64,000 bases of DNA from the NCBI GenBank assembly GCA_047601445.1, contig JASGJH010000001.1, positions 576,001 through 640,000 of the forward strand, read 5' to 3'. Shown piece by piece: positions 19,131 through 29,583 of this stretch. This DNA comes from Myxococcales bacterium (GTDB lineage: Bacteria > Myxococcota_A > Polyangia > Polyangiales > DASUME01). The translations under genes were made by a program, and so were the position numbers. The first letter of the stretch is position 1. Each line of letters begins with the position of its first letter. Under the pieces are notes generated by a model. That model searched no databases, was not told the origin of the DNA, and saw nothing but the letters and a program-made list of their open reading frames with translations.

Positions 19131-19879
19131 GCGTGGGCAGGGTGTCGCTCGTGACCGGGGCCTCCGGGGGCATCGGGCGGGCGGTGGTCGAGCGCCTGGT
19201 CGAGACCGGACGCACGGTGATCGCGACGGGTCGAAAGGGCGACGCACTAGGGGAACTCGAGGCGCGCTTCCCAGGCAGGGTGATCCCGCTGGTGGCGGAC
19301 TTGGCCGTGGCAGGCGAAGCGGACGCGCTCTACGAGCGTGCGTTGGGCGTGAAGGGGCAGCTCAGCGAGCTGGTGTGCGCGGCGGGCATCGTGCACTACG
19401 CACCCGTCGGGCAGGTCAGCGAACGTGATCTGCGGGCGCAACTCGAGCTGAATTTCGTGGCTGCTTTTCTGCTCGGGCAGCGCGTGGGCAAGCACCTGGA
19501 GGAGCGTGGTGCGGGCAGCATGGTGTTCGTGGCGAGCACGCTCGGCGCGCGTCCAGCCAAGCTCACGTCGGCCTACGGTGCCAGCAAAGCCGCTCTGATC
19601 AGCATGGCGCAGGCGTTCGCGCTCGAGCTGGCCCCGCGCGTGCGCGTGAACGTGGTCGCTCCAGGCATCGTGGATACGCCCATGGTGCGTGTGGCGCGCG
19701 ACGGCAGCCAGCTCGACGCAGCGGGCGTGCAAGCACAGCTCGAACGACTTGCGGCCATCCACCCGCTCGAGCGCCTGGGGACGCCCGACGAGGTCGCGCA
19801 GGCCGTGCTGTTCGCGTTGGATGCGAGCTGGATGACGGGCAGCGTGATCACGGTCGATGGCGGCGTGAGCCTGGCCTAG
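19127..19879 (+). CDS. SDR family oxidoreductase
   Basis: TGASGGIG, YGASK, VRVNVVAPG, ITVDGG. Confidence 0.9.
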   Translation: MSVGRVSLVTGASGGIGRAVVERLVETGRTVIATGRKGDALGELEARFPGRVIPLVADLAVAGEADALYERALGVKGQLSELVCAAGIVHYAPVGQVSERDLRAQLELNFVAAFLLGQRVGKHLEERGAGSMVFVASTLGARPAKLTSAYGASKAALISMAQAFALELAPRVRVNVVAPGIVDTPMVRVARDGSQLDAAGVQAQLERLAAIHPLERLGTPDEVAQAVLFALDASWMTGSVITVDGGVSLA

Positions 19880-19880
19880 G

Positions 19881-21116
19881 CTAGTGCGCTGATGATTTGC
19901 GCGCGGGTTGCACCCGGCGCATGCCGAGTGCGATGCCGAGGGCCGTCAGGTTGATGCCTGCGCAGGCCCAGAAGGGCACGCTGGGCGCCGAGCGATACAG
20001 CGCCCCCGCCAAGACTGGTCCGAACGTGCGCGCCAGACTCGCCATGCTCTGGTTGGAGCTCAGGGTCTCGCCCTGGCGTGCCGGGTCGGCCAGACGCGAG
20101 ATGTAGGCCGAGATGGATGGCTGCGTGAAGCCGTTGCCCACTGCGATCAGCCCGCTTACGGCGTACAGCGCCCACAGACCCGCTCGCGGCGCCAGGCTGA
20201 AGCCCACGAAGCCCGTGATCATCAAGCCGAGCCCAGCGTAGGCCAACGAGGTCTCGCGAATCTTGCCCGAGACCCGGCGCATGAAGAGCCCCTGCACGAG
20301 CGCGCCGATGAAGCCCATGTACACGAACATCCAGCCCACCTGACGTTCGCGCAGACCGAAGGAGTCCGCGGCATACAGCGCGTAGGTGAACTCCAGCCCG
20401 GAGAAGGCCAGGATGATCAAGCCGTTGGTGCACACCGCCTGTGCGATGCCCGGGGTCTGCAAGGAGCGAGTCAGGGCGGCCAGGCGCTGGGCGATGGGAG
20501 AGCGCCCGTCCGCGGCGCGCGATCTGCGCTCGGGTGGTAGGGACTCGGGTAACGCCGTGAAGGCCCACAGGAGATTGATCAAGCTCAGACCGGCGGCGAC
20601 GAAGCAGGCGAGGGGGCCCACCCGTCCGTTAATGGGCTGCGTGAGCAGACCTCCCACGCCCGGGCCGATGATGAAGCCGATGCCGAAGGCCATGCCGATC
20701 AGGCCCATGCCCTTCACGCGCTCTTCGGGGGTGGTGATGTCCGCGATGTAAGCGCTGGCGGTGCCGAGGTTGGCGGTGGCGGCGCCGCTCGCCGCGCGCG
20801 CCAGAAACAGCCAGGCCACCGAGCTCGCGAAGCCCAGCGCGAGGCCGAGGCCCGCCATGCCGAGCACGGAGAACGCGATGGAGATCAACATCACGGGGCG
20901 GCGGCCGATGCGATCCGAGAGTCGACCCCACAGCGGCATGAACAGGAACTGCATGGCCGAGTAGCAGCCACCGAGCGCGGTCGCCGTAAGCTCGTCGACG
21001 CCGAACACGTCACGGGCCTGCAAGCTCAAGAACGGCATGACGAGGCCGAACCCAAGCAGGTCGAGGAGGACCGTGAGGAAGATGACACCGAGAGACGGGA
21101 CGCGTTCTTTGGCCAC
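19881..21116 (-). CDS. MFS transporter (TetA/DHA1-like)
   Basis: DLLGFGLVMP, GRLSDRIGRRP (motif A), GFIIGPGVGG. Start uncertain (21116 or 21176). Confidence 0.9.
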   Translation of the reverse strand: MAKERVPSLGVIFLTVLLDLLGFGLVMPFLSLQARDVFGVDELTATALGGCYSAMQFLFMPLWGRLSDRIGRRPVMLISIAFSVLGMAGLGLALGFASSVAWLFLARAASGAATANLGTASAYIADITTPEERVKGMGLIGMAFGIGFIIGPGVGGLLTQPINGRVGPLACFVAAGLSLINLLWAFTALPESLPPERRSRAADGRSPIAQRLAALTRSLQTPGIAQAVCTNGLIILAFSGLEFTYALYAADSFGLRERQVGWMFVYMGFIGALVQGLFMRRVSGKIRETSLAYAGLGLMITGFVGFSLAPRAGLWALYAVSGLIAVGNGFTQPSISAYISRLADPARQGETLSSNQSMASLARTFGPVLAGALYRSAPSVPFWACAGINLTALGIALGMRRVQPARKSSAH

Positions 21117-21246
21117 GACGAGCGGCTGGGGTCTAGCCCGCCGGATCCCGAGGTGCCACGGGGTGATCTCCAACATTCGGGGGGAGATGCCGCGAGTCGG
21201 AGGTCGCCAAGCGGGGGCGCTGCACTAGACTAGCCACGCTTTCCAT

Positions 21247-22095
21247 ATGGGGTCATCCATCGTGTCCTGCTTCGGCGCCTGGTTCATGACGGGCGCGCTC
21301 GCGCGCGGGACAGTGCGCTTTCTGGTGGTCGTGGGGGTGTTGCTGGCGCTGGGGGCGGGCCCGGCGCAGGCCCAGAGCGGCGATGCGCAGCAGGCCAAGG
21401 CCCTGTTCGAGCAGGGCCTCGAGGCGAGCGACTCCGAGCGCTGGGCCGAGGCGGCCGACTACTTCACGCGCTCGCGTGCGCTGCTCGAGCGTCCGAGCAC
21501 GGTGTTCAATCTGGTGGGGGCCCTGTATCGCCTCGGGCGCTATCGCGAAGGCTTGGCCGCCGCGGTGGACTACTTGGCGCTGTCCAACCCGGTGGCCGAT
21601 GCTGCGAAGCGCAAGGAGATCGAGTCGCTGCGTGAGAACATGGCCAAGGCCGTGGGGACCGCGCGCATCGAGGTCGCCCCTGCGGACGCGAACGTGGACC
21701 TCGACGGGGAGGCTCTGACGCCGACCAGCGAGGGCTACACGTTGCAGCTCGATCCCGGCGTGCACGGGCTGGTGGCGCGGCGTGAGGGCTATCGAGACTT
21801 GAATCAGTCCTTCGTCCTCGAGCGCGGCGCTAGCGTGAATCTGCGTGTGCAGCTCGAGCCCAGCTCGGAACCCGCCGCGGTCGAGACGGGCAGCCCCCCG
21901 CTGTTGGCGGAGGGCCCGAACTCCTCCGAGCCGTCGGTCCCTGCTCCCAAGGAGCGCTCGCGCAAGCGGCTGCGGCGCGCCCTCTGGATCACGGGGGCCG
22001 TGCTGGTGGCGGGCGGGGTCGCCACGGCCGTCGCCCTGGCGTTGCGGCCCGAACCCGAGTGCAAGGGCGGCAGCACGGGGTTCTGCCTCGAGTGA
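21247..22095 (+). CDS. TPR-like + PEGA domain membrane protein
   Basis: Signal peptide, helical AKALFEQG..F.RS repeats, PEGA-like V.LDG...LDPGVH..ARREGY, C-terminal TM. Confidence 0.7.
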   Translation: MGSSIVSCFGAWFMTGALARGTVRFLVVVGVLLALGAGPAQAQSGDAQQAKALFEQGLEASDSERWAEAADYFTRSRALLERPSTVFNLVGALYRLGRYREGLAAAVDYLALSNPVADAAKRKEIESLRENMAKAVGTARIEVAPADANVDLDGEALTPTSEGYTLQLDPGVHGLVARREGYRDLNQSFVLERGASVNLRVQLEPSSEPAAVETGSPPLLAEGPNSSEPSVPAPKERSRKRLRRALWITGAVLVAGGVATAVALALRPEPECKGGSTGFCLE

Positions 22096-22104
22096 GGCGC
22101 GCCC

Positions 22105-23130
22105 ATGGCCTCCGCCCCTGAGCCCAGCTTGGCTCCTCCAACGCGCCGCAGGCTCGGCCGCTGGCTCAAATGGTCGCTGCCTGCGCTAGCGCTCGTCCTG
22201 GGTGGCGTGTGGCTCGATCGGCGGCTCACCTTTGCGGCGCTCTTTCTACGCTTCGAGGGGGGCAAGCTGGGGACGAGCTGGCTCTCCCAGTATCGCGCGC
22301 GCAAGGTGACCACCGAGGACTGGCGACTCGCCTTCGGTCGCCGCGGACGCCTCTACGTGCCGGCCGGGGGCGCGACGCGCGGGCTCTTGCTGGTGCACGG
22401 GATGCACCCGCAGGGCATCGACGAGCCGCGCCTCACGGGGTTCGCCCGTAGCTTGGCCGCGAGCGGCGTGGTGGTGGGCACCCCCGAGCTGCCGGACTTG
22501 ATGCGATTCCAGGTCTCCCGCACCGACGTGGTGGCGGTGGCGGACGCGGCCAAGCAGCTCCGGCGTGAGCTGGGCGGCCCGGGCGTGACCGTCTTCGGCG
22601 TGAGCTTCGGAGGCGGACTCGCGCTGCGGGCGGCTTGTGAGCCGGCGCTGTCGGGGGGCTTCGGCAATCTGATCGCCCTGGGAGCCCCGGCGGACTTGGT
22701 GCGGGTGGCCCGGTTCGCGCTCGGCGAGACCGTGGAGGGGCCCGACGGCAAGGCCTTTCCCCTCAAGCCCCATGCCTACGCGCGCAAGGCCATGCTGCAT
22801 TTCTTTCTGGGCAGCGAGCTCGCGGTGCCACCTGGACCGGGTCGCGACGAGGTCCTGCGCCTGGCCCTGAAGGCGCGCACGCCGGAGCTCGCGGCCCTAT
22901 CTCCGTCGGCGTGCCGCACGCCCATCACGGTGCCTGTCCATCTCGCCCACGGCCTCGGCGACAACGTCATTCCGTACACCGAGACGCTGTGGCTCGCGCG
23001 GCAGCTTCCGACTTCGCGCCCGCCCGAGGTGCTGGTGTCTCCGGCCATCTCGCACGCCGAATACGCGCCCCCGACCCTGGCTCAGCGCTTCCAGCTCATC
23101 GAATTCATGGCGAAAGCCGCGGATTGGTGA
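22105..23130 (+). CDS. Alpha/beta hydrolase fold protein
   Basis: LVHG, nucleophile GVSFGG, HGLGDNVIP, ISH. Confidence 0.7.
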   Translation: MASAPEPSLAPPTRRRLGRWLKWSLPALALVLGGVWLDRRLTFAALFLRFEGGKLGTSWLSQYRARKVTTEDWRLAFGRRGRLYVPAGGATRGLLLVHGMHPQGIDEPRLTGFARSLAASGVVVGTPELPDLMRFQVSRTDVVAVADAAKQLRRELGGPGVTVFGVSFGGGLALRAACEPALSGGFGNLIALGAPADLVRVARFALGETVEGPDGKAFPLKPHAYARKAMLHFFLGSELAVPPGPGRDEVLRLALKARTPELAALSPSACRTPITVPVHLAHGLGDNVIPYTETLWLARQLPTSRPPEVLVSPAISHAEYAPPTLAQRFQLIEFMAKAADW

Positions 23131-23200
23131 AGCCCGCGGCATGCTGGCGAGAACGCTCGCTGCGCGCTACACCCGCTAGCCTGTTTTCCCCGGGGTTTCG

Positions 23201-24118
23201 ATGGTCGACGTAAGCAAGCACCGCCTCACGCACCTCCGGCAGCTCGAAGCCGAGAGCATCCACATCATCCGTGAAGTAGCCGCCGAGTTCGAGAAGCCGG
23301 TGATGCTCTACTCCATCGGCAAGGACTCCACGGTGCTCGCGCGCTTGGCGATCAAGGCGTTTCATCCGGCGCCCGTGCCGTTCCCGCTGCTCCACGTGGA
23401 CACCACCTGGAAGTTCCGGGACATGTACGCCTTTCGCGAGAAGTTCGTGAAGGACAACAACCTCAACCTGATCAAGTGGACGAATCCCGACGGCTTGCGG
23501 GACAACGTGAACCCCTTCGATCAGGGCTCCGAGAAGTACACCACGATCATGAAGACTCAGGCGCTGGTGCAGGCGCTCACGAAGCACGGCTTCGACGCCG
23601 CCTTCGGTGGTGCCCGCCGCGACGAAGAGAAGTCGCGCGCCAAGGAGCGCATCTACAGCTTCCGAGACCGCTTCCAGCAGTGGGATCCCAAGAATCAGCG
23701 GCCCGAGCTGTGGAACCTCTACAACTCCAAGATCAACCGCGGTGAGAGCATCCGCGTGTTCCCGATGTCCAACTGGACCGAGCTCGACATCTGGCAATAC
23801 ATCTACCTCGAGCAGCTGCCCATCGTGCCGCTCTACTTCGCGGCGCCGCGCCCGGTGGTGGAGCGTGGTGGCTCGTTGATCATGGTGGACGACGAGCGCA
23901 TGCGCTTGAACCCCGGCGAGACGCCGATGACGAAGATGATCCGCTTCCGCACGCTCGGTTGCTACCCGCTGTCGGGCGCCATCGAGAGCGAAGCGACCAC
24001 GCTGCCCGAGATCATCCGCGAGATGTTGATGACGCGTTACTCCGAGCGGCAGGGCCGCTTGATCGATCACGACCAGGCCGCGTCCATGGAGCGCAAGAAG
24101 CGCGAGGGTTACTTCTGA
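23201..24118 (+). CDS. cysD: Sulfate adenylyltransferase subunit 2
   Basis: [41 protein letters not shown]. Confidence 0.97.
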   Translation: MVDVSKHRLTHLRQLEAESIHIIREVAAEFEKPVMLYSIGKDSTVLARLAIKAFHPAPVPFPLLHVDTTWKFRDMYAFREKFVKDNNLNLIKWTNPDGLRDNVNPFDQGSEKYTTIMKTQALVQALTKHGFDAAFGGARRDEEKSRAKERIYSFRDRFQQWDPKNQRPELWNLYNSKINRGESIRVFPMSNWTELDIWQYIYLEQLPIVPLYFAAPRPVVERGGSLIMVDDERMRLNPGETPMTKMIRFRTLGCYPLSGAIESEATTLPEIIREMLMTRYSERQGRLIDHDQAASMERKKREGYF

Positions 24119-25986
24119 TGTCGACCGCAACCCAGAACGTAAGCGCCAAGTCCGACGAAGAGCTGATCGACAAGGACATCCTGGGCTTCCTGCAGAAGCA
24201 CGAGAACAAGGAGCTCCTGCGCTTCGTGATCGTGGGCTCCGTGGATGACGGCAAGAGCACGCTCATCGGCCGCCTCCTGTTCGAGCTCAAGGCGGTCTAC
24301 GAGGACCAGCTCGAGGCCGTGATGAAGGCGACCACCATGGTCGGCGTGCCGATCGACTTCTCGCTCATCACCGACGGCCTCGAGGCCGAGCGCGCCCAGG
24401 GCATCACCATCGACGTGGCCTATCGGTACTTCACCACCGAGAAGCGCAAGTTCATCGTGGCGGATACGCCCGGCCACACCCAGTACACGCGCAACATGGT
24501 GACCGGTGCCTCCACGGCGGACGTGGGCATCATCTTGATCGACGCGCGCCTGGGCGTGCTCGAACAGTCCCGCCGCCACGCTTACATCGCGTCGCTTCTG
24601 GGGATCCCGCACCTGCTGGTGGCAGTGAACAAGATGGACCTGGTGGAGTACGGTCAGGCTCGCTTCGAGGAGATTCAGGCCGAGTTCCGCAAGTTCACGG
24701 CGAGTCTGAACTTCAAGGACGTGACGTTCGTGCCCGTCAGCGCCCTGTTGGGCGAGAACGTGGTGCAGCGCGGCGAGCACATGCCCTGGTACGAGGGCCC
24801 CACCGTGCTCGGTTTCTTGGAGACGGTGCCGATCGCCGAGGATCGCAATCTCAAGGACTTCCGCTTCCCCGTGCAGTACGTGATCCGTCCGCACCTCAAC
24901 TACCGCGGCTTTGCTGCGCAGTTGGCGAGCGGCGTGGTGAAGAAGGGGGACTCGGTGATGGTGTTGCCCTCGGGCAAGACCTCCCGCGTGAAGGGCATCG
25001 ATGCCTTCGACGGCGAGCGCCAGGAGGCGTTCATGCCCGAGAGCGTGACGATCCGACTCGAAGACGAGATCGACTGCTCGCGCGGCGACATGCTGGTGCA
25101 CCCGAACAACCGCCCACGCGTGGGACGCAGCTTCCAGGCCGACGTGGTGTGGATGCACGAGCGCCCGCTGGATCCACAGAAGAGCTACTTCCTCAAGCAC
25201 ACCTCGCAGACCATCCGCATGCAGGTGGAGATGGTGCACGACCGCATCGAGCTCACCACTCTGGAGCGGGTGCCCGCGCAGACTCTCGCGCTGAACGAGA
25301 TCGGCTGCCTCACCATCACCTGCCACCGCCCGGTCTACTACGACGCCTACCTCGACAACCGAGCCACGGGCGCCTTCGTGATCGTGGACTCCCTGAATAA
25401 CGCCACCGTGGCGGCCGGCATGATCCGGCGCGACGAGGGCGAGGCCGACCAGAGCGTGGACGATGCGCTCAAGGAGCTGCGCGCCGGCTCGGGTCTCGCC
25501 AACCGCACTCAGGTGAGCCCCAAGGAGCGACGCGAGCGGCTCGGTCAGACGGGCGTGACGGTGTGGCTCTCGGGCTTGCCGGGGTCCGGCAAGGTCAACG
25601 TGGCCTACGTACTCGAGCGCAAGTTGTTCGATATGGGACACTCGGCCCACGTGCTGGCTCCCGAGGGGCACGCCATCGAGGCCGTCGCCGTGGCCGCCAA
25701 GGCGCTCACCGACGCGGGGCTCATCTCCATCTGCGCCTTGCCCGCCAAGACACGCGCGGAGCGCGCCCTGGTACGCGAGAAGGTCGGGGGCGAGCGCTTC
25801 GTGGAGGTCTTCGTGAACACGGACCCTGCCATCAGCGCCGAGCGTAAGCCCGACGCAGACCGCGTCGGCTTCGAAGCGCCGGCCCAGCCGGACCTCACGT
25901 TGTCGCAGGACGACTCTCGCGTGGAGCGCGCCGTCGACAAGATCATCGAACTCCTGGCCAAGCGCAGCCAGGTGGACCTCGGCTGA
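24118..25986 (+). CDS. cysN: Sulfate adenylyltransferase subunit 1 fused to a degenerate APS-kinase domain
   Basis: GSVDDGKST, QGITID, DTPGH, NKMD; C-terminal VWLSGLPGSGK remnant of CysC. Confidence 0.93.
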   Translation: MSTATQNVSAKSDEELIDKDILGFLQKHENKELLRFVIVGSVDDGKSTLIGRLLFELKAVYEDQLEAVMKATTMVGVPIDFSLITDGLEAERAQGITIDVAYRYFTTEKRKFIVADTPGHTQYTRNMVTGASTADVGIILIDARLGVLEQSRRHAYIASLLGIPHLLVAVNKMDLVEYGQARFEEIQAEFRKFTASLNFKDVTFVPVSALLGENVVQRGEHMPWYEGPTVLGFLETVPIAEDRNLKDFRFPVQYVIRPHLNYRGFAAQLASGVVKKGDSVMVLPSGKTSRVKGIDAFDGERQEAFMPESVTIRLEDEIDCSRGDMLVHPNNRPRVGRSFQADVVWMHERPLDPQKSYFLKHTSQTIRMQVEMVHDRIELTTLERVPAQTLALNEIGCLTITCHRPVYYDAYLDNRATGAFVIVDSLNNATVAAGMIRRDEGEADQSVDDALKELRAGSGLANRTQVSPKERRERLGQTGVTVWLSGLPGSGKVNVAYVLERKLFDMGHSAHVLAPEGHAIEAVAVAAKALTDAGLISICALPAKTRAERALVREKVGGERFVEVFVNTDPAISAERKPDADRVGFEAPAQPDLTLSQDDSRVERAVDKIIELLAKRSQVDLG

Positions 25987-26066
25987 CGCGGCGCGCGGAC
26001 GCGGCCGACGCCATGTCCCCAGCGCGTCTTCGAGAACCCCGACGCCCGTCGCGATGAATCGCGGCG

Positions 26067-26080
26067 GAATTGGGTAATTC
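26067..26080. promoter_or_regulatory. AT-rich dyad GAATT-N4-AATTC upstream of a lipoprotein gene
   Basis: gaattgggtaattc inside an AT-rich patch of an otherwise GC-rich sequence. Confidence 0.3.
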
Positions 26081-26200
26081 TTGAATTTCGAGCAGTTAAC
26101 GAATTCGGGCGTCGCGCGCCGTGCCCGCGTGATAGGGTCCGCCCCGGATGGCGCTGTCTCGCGCATCCCATCGCCAATCCGCTGTTCAGTCGGAGGGATC

Positions 26201-27943
26201 ATGCGTCGAACCACGAGGATCCGAGTGCCGTGGGGGATGATCGCGGGCGTGTGGCTCGCTGCGTGCTCGGGATCCCACGACGATGAGCTCGGCAATGACG
26301 GCACCAGCATGGACGGCTCCATCGCGGGCGACGGAGCCGCAGGGGATCCTCCCAGCGACGCTGCGCTCGGTCACGATGCCGCCAGCGACGGGGACAGTTC
26401 TGGGGACGGTGACGGCGGGCGCGGGCAGGGCGATGGCGATGCAGGTTCGTCCGACGCAGGGGGCGACGCTTCCAGCGAGATCCCACGCAATAAGATTGTG
26501 TGGGTCAACGCGAGCAGCGGCAGCGACGGCAATGCCGGTACCAGCGAGGCGCCCTTCAAGACCGTGGCTTACGCGTTTTCTCAAGTAGGCGAGCACGGCC
26601 TCGTGTGGCTGCAACCGAGCGCCTTTACCAACGCCAACGAGGGTTTTCAGGGTACGGAAATCTATGACGGCGTGCACGCGCCGCTCGACACCTTCGTGCG
26701 CGGCACCGGCCCAGGCGTGACCGTCGGCATCACGCTCAACTATGCGCAGGGCGGCAGCCTCGAGGACGTGGCCGTGGAGCTGGCGGAAACCGGGCGTGTG
26801 TTGGTGACAGGGGGCGCGCTGCGCTTGCTCGGCGTGAGCTTTCAGCGCTCGGCCACCAGCGGTGTGCTCGACCCCATCGAGGTGAGCGGCGACGCCAAGG
26901 TAACCTTGGAGCCAGGCAACGATCCGAACCACGACTACATCGGCCCGGGTGCCGCGCCGGTCGGCACCTTCGCGATGTTGCGCGACGCCTCCGAGTTCGC
27001 TGTGAAAGGCGGCGTCATCGACGGCTTCAGCGGTCGCGCGTTCTACCTCGACGGCACGGCTCGACTCACGCTGCAGAACGTCGCGATCACGGACAACGCC
27101 AACATGTTGGTCAGCAACGAGGGCGTGCTCTCCCTCAACAGCAAGGCCAGCCACATCTTGCTCGAAGACACCACCCTCGACATGCAGAACCACGGCGGCG
27201 CGGCCTGCATCATCCAGGACGACCAGGTGTTCGACGCGGATCCCACCACCACGACGATCACGGTGCGACGCTCCAAGCTCAAGGGCTGCTGGGGCGGCGG
27301 CATGCAGCTGCGGGAGGGTGACCCCGTGGTCGTGGTGGAAGACAGCGAGTTCAGCCAGTCCACCGGGCGCTACGGCATCGAGAGCGGACAAATTGGCTTC
27401 GATAGCGGGCAAGTCTTCGGGAAACCCAAGCTCACTGTCACGGGCTCCACCTTCAGCAACAACTACATGGGCGGCATCGCCATGCGCTCGGGGGGCTCGC
27501 TCTCCCTCAGCGGAGGCACGGTGACGGCCAACGGTCGCACGGGGTTCCCCGGCGACGCCGGCGTGCTCCTCACGGGCGGCTTTCCTTATGCGCTGGCGAT
27601 GCGCGGCGTGAGCGTCACCAACAATTTCATGTCGGGTGTCTCCGTGTCCGGCGATGGAAGCGCGAGCTTCGACTTGGGGACCCTGGCCAGTCCGGGGAAC
27701 AACGTGCTCACCGGCAATGCCACCCAGCAATTGCGGCTCGAGACCGCGGCCGACTCCGTGGTGCCAGCCATCGGCAATACCTGGACCGCGAGCCAGCAAG
27801 GGGCGGGCGCGGACGGCCGCTACGCTGTGTCGAGTGCCCACTGCGGGAACGCGAATCCGTGTCAGTTCACGAGCGGCACCGGCATCAACTACGCGTTCGT
27901 CGGCGCCGGGACCAACGCTCGCGTGCAGCTCGCCGCCCAGTGA
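26201..27943 (+). CDS. Lipoprotein with DUF1565-like start and right-handed beta-helix repeats
   Basis: Lipobox WLAAC, D/G-rich linker, WVNASSGSDGNAGT..PFKT, repeated S/N-ladder beta strands. Confidence 0.65.
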   Translation: MRRTTRIRVPWGMIAGVWLAACSGSHDDELGNDGTSMDGSIAGDGAAGDPPSDAALGHDAASDGDSSGDGDGGRGQGDGDAGSSDAGGDASSEIPRNKIVWVNASSGSDGNAGTSEAPFKTVAYAFSQVGEHGLVWLQPSAFTNANEGFQGTEIYDGVHAPLDTFVRGTGPGVTVGITLNYAQGGSLEDVAVELAETGRVLVTGGALRLLGVSFQRSATSGVLDPIEVSGDAKVTLEPGNDPNHDYIGPGAAPVGTFAMLRDASEFAVKGGVIDGFSGRAFYLDGTARLTLQNVAITDNANMLVSNEGVLSLNSKASHILLEDTTLDMQNHGGAACIIQDDQVFDADPTTTTITVRRSKLKGCWGGGMQLREGDPVVVVEDSEFSQSTGRYGIESGQIGFDSGQVFGKPKLTVTGSTFSNNYMGGIAMRSGGSLSLSGGTVTANGRTGFPGDAGVLLTGGFPYALAMRGVSVTNNFMSGVSVSGDGSASFDLGTLASPGNNVLTGNATQQLRLETAADSVVPAIGNTWTASQQGAGADGRYAVSSAHCGNANPCQFTSGTGINYAFVGAGTNARVQLAAQ

Positions 27944-27977
27944 GGCGGGGCGCCCGCGCGGGCGCTAGACTAGGCCC

Positions 27978-28688
27978 ATGAAGCCTGCCTCGAGCACCCG
28001 TCTACTCCTGGTACGTCATGGCGCGACGCAGCTCACCGCGGAAGACCGCTTCTCCGGTTCCGTCGGGGTCGAACTCTCGGACGAAGGACGCTTTCAAGCG
28101 CGCAAGCTGGCCGAGCGTCTCGAGTCGGAGGCCATCAGCGCGGTGTATGCGAGCCCATTGAGCCGCACCCTGGAGACCGCGAGCATCCTCGCGGCATCAC
28201 ACAAGCTCGAGGTGCAACCGCGGGACGGGCTGCGCGAGATCAGCCACGGGCACTGGGAGGGCCTGACTCGGCGCGAAGTCGAGCAACGGTTTCCACTGGA
28301 GTACGCGGCCTGGGACGAAGACCCCTTCACCTTTGCGCCGCGGGAGGGCGAGTCGGGCGTGAGCGTGCTTTCGCGGGCCTTGCCGGTGATCCGCGAGATC
28401 GTGCTCGCCCATGTCGGTGAGACCGTGCTCGTCGTCTCTCACAAGGCGACGTTGCGTATCCTCCTCTCGAGCCTGCTCGGGTTCGACGTGCGGGGCTATC
28501 GTGATCGCCTCGACCAGTCTCCGGCCTGCCTGAACGTGATGGACTTCCGCGACGCAGTGCGCGCCCGCCTGATGTTGTTCAACGACATCTCGCATTACCA
28601 GGAGCAGCCGCGGCGGCCCACGCAGAACCTCTCCAGTTGGTGGGACGAACCCCCCGGCAAGGGCGCTTCAACGCCGCCCCGCGAATAG
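27978..28688 (+). CDS. Histidine phosphatase (phosphoglycerate mutase) family
   Basis: LVRHG, SPLSRT, LREISHGHWEG, VVSH. Confidence 0.9.
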   Translation: MKPASSTRLLLVRHGATQLTAEDRFSGSVGVELSDEGRFQARKLAERLESEAISAVYASPLSRTLETASILAASHKLEVQPRDGLREISHGHWEGLTRREVEQRFPLEYAAWDEDPFTFAPREGESGVSVLSRALPVIREIVLAHVGETVLVVSHKATLRILLSSLLGFDVRGYRDRLDQSPACLNVMDFRDAVRARLMLFNDISHYQEQPRRPTQNLSSWWDEPPGKGASTPPRE

Positions 28689-29582
28689 CCTCAGTAGTTG
28701 CTCGACCACCACGCGCACCCGCGGAGACCCGCGTTTGCCGGGGGCGATCAGCAACTGGATCGGCGGCCCCTCGGCCGCGAAGGGCGTGAGTAGCTCGAGC
28801 AACTCGCCGCGCCCCAGCGGGCCAGCCACGGCGTAGTCGTGGGCTTGAACGATGCCCACCCCCGCGATCGCAGCCTCGATCAGCGCTTCACCGTGGTCGA
28901 CGATGAGCTTGCTGGGCTGCGCGCGGCTTGCCTCGCTCACGGACCAATTCGCGAATGTGAAAGGTTGAGCCTTACCGTTGGGCAAGAGGAAGGCCAGGCA
29001 TTCGTGCTGGGCCAGCTGGGCAGGGCTCTCTGGTTTGCCTCGACGCGCGATGTAGGCGGGCGAGGCCACCGTCTTCCAGGTGATGTCCGCAAGCTTGCGC
29101 TGCGTCGTGCTCGCGTGCGGAGTGCCGTGGCCGATGCGGATGGCCAGGTCCACGCGCTCGTCCGAGAGGCGCACCAGGCGGTCGGTGAGATTGGCCCGCA
29201 GCGTGAGCTGGGGGTAGCGATCGAGCATCGGCGTGAGCGCGGGCAGCACGAGTGAGCGCCCCAGCATCAACGGCAGAGACAGCGTGACCAGGCCGCGCGG
29301 TATGCGCTGCGCCTCGCTCAGGCGCTCGCGGGCAGCCTGCACGTTGATCACCGCATCTTGGCAGCTGCGCAGGAAGGCCGCGCCCTCTTCGGTGAGCGCC
29401 ACGCTGCGCGAGCTGCGGTCGAGCAAGCGCGTGCCGAGCTCGGCCTCCAGGCGGCTGATGGCCTTGCTCACGCCCGACGGGGTGAGCCCCAGACGCTCGG
29501 CGGCCTGGCGAAAGCTGCGCGTCTCCGCAGTGACCACGAAGGGCACCACGCCCACGAAGAGGTCGTTCTCCGGTTGGGCCAA
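28668..29582 (-). CDS. LysR family regulator (CrgA-like)
   Basis: SFRQAAERLGLTPSGVSKAISRLEAELGTRLLDRSSR; ASPAYI; DLAIRIG. Confidence 0.93.
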   Translation of the reverse strand: MAQPENDLFVGVVPFVVTAETRSFRQAAERLGLTPSGVSKAISRLEAELGTRLLDRSSRSVALTEEGAAFLRSCQDAVINVQAARERLSEAQRIPRGLVTLSLPLMLGRSLVLPALTPMLDRYPQLTLRANLTDRLVRLSDERVDLAIRIGHGTPHASTTQRKLADITWKTVASPAYIARRGKPESPAQLAQHECLAFLLPNGKAQPFTFANWSVSEASRAQPSKLIVDHGEALIEAAIAGVGIVQAHDYAVAGPLGRGELLELLTPFAAEGPPIQLLIAPGKRGSPRVRVVVEQLLRLFAGRR

Positions 29583-29583
29583 C

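Noticed and set aside
24109..26322. Long antisense ORFs (e.g. 737 aa here; also 6486-8258, 11046-12632, 58607-60331)
   Set aside because: Shadow ORFs expected opposite real genes in high-GC DNA; no motifs.
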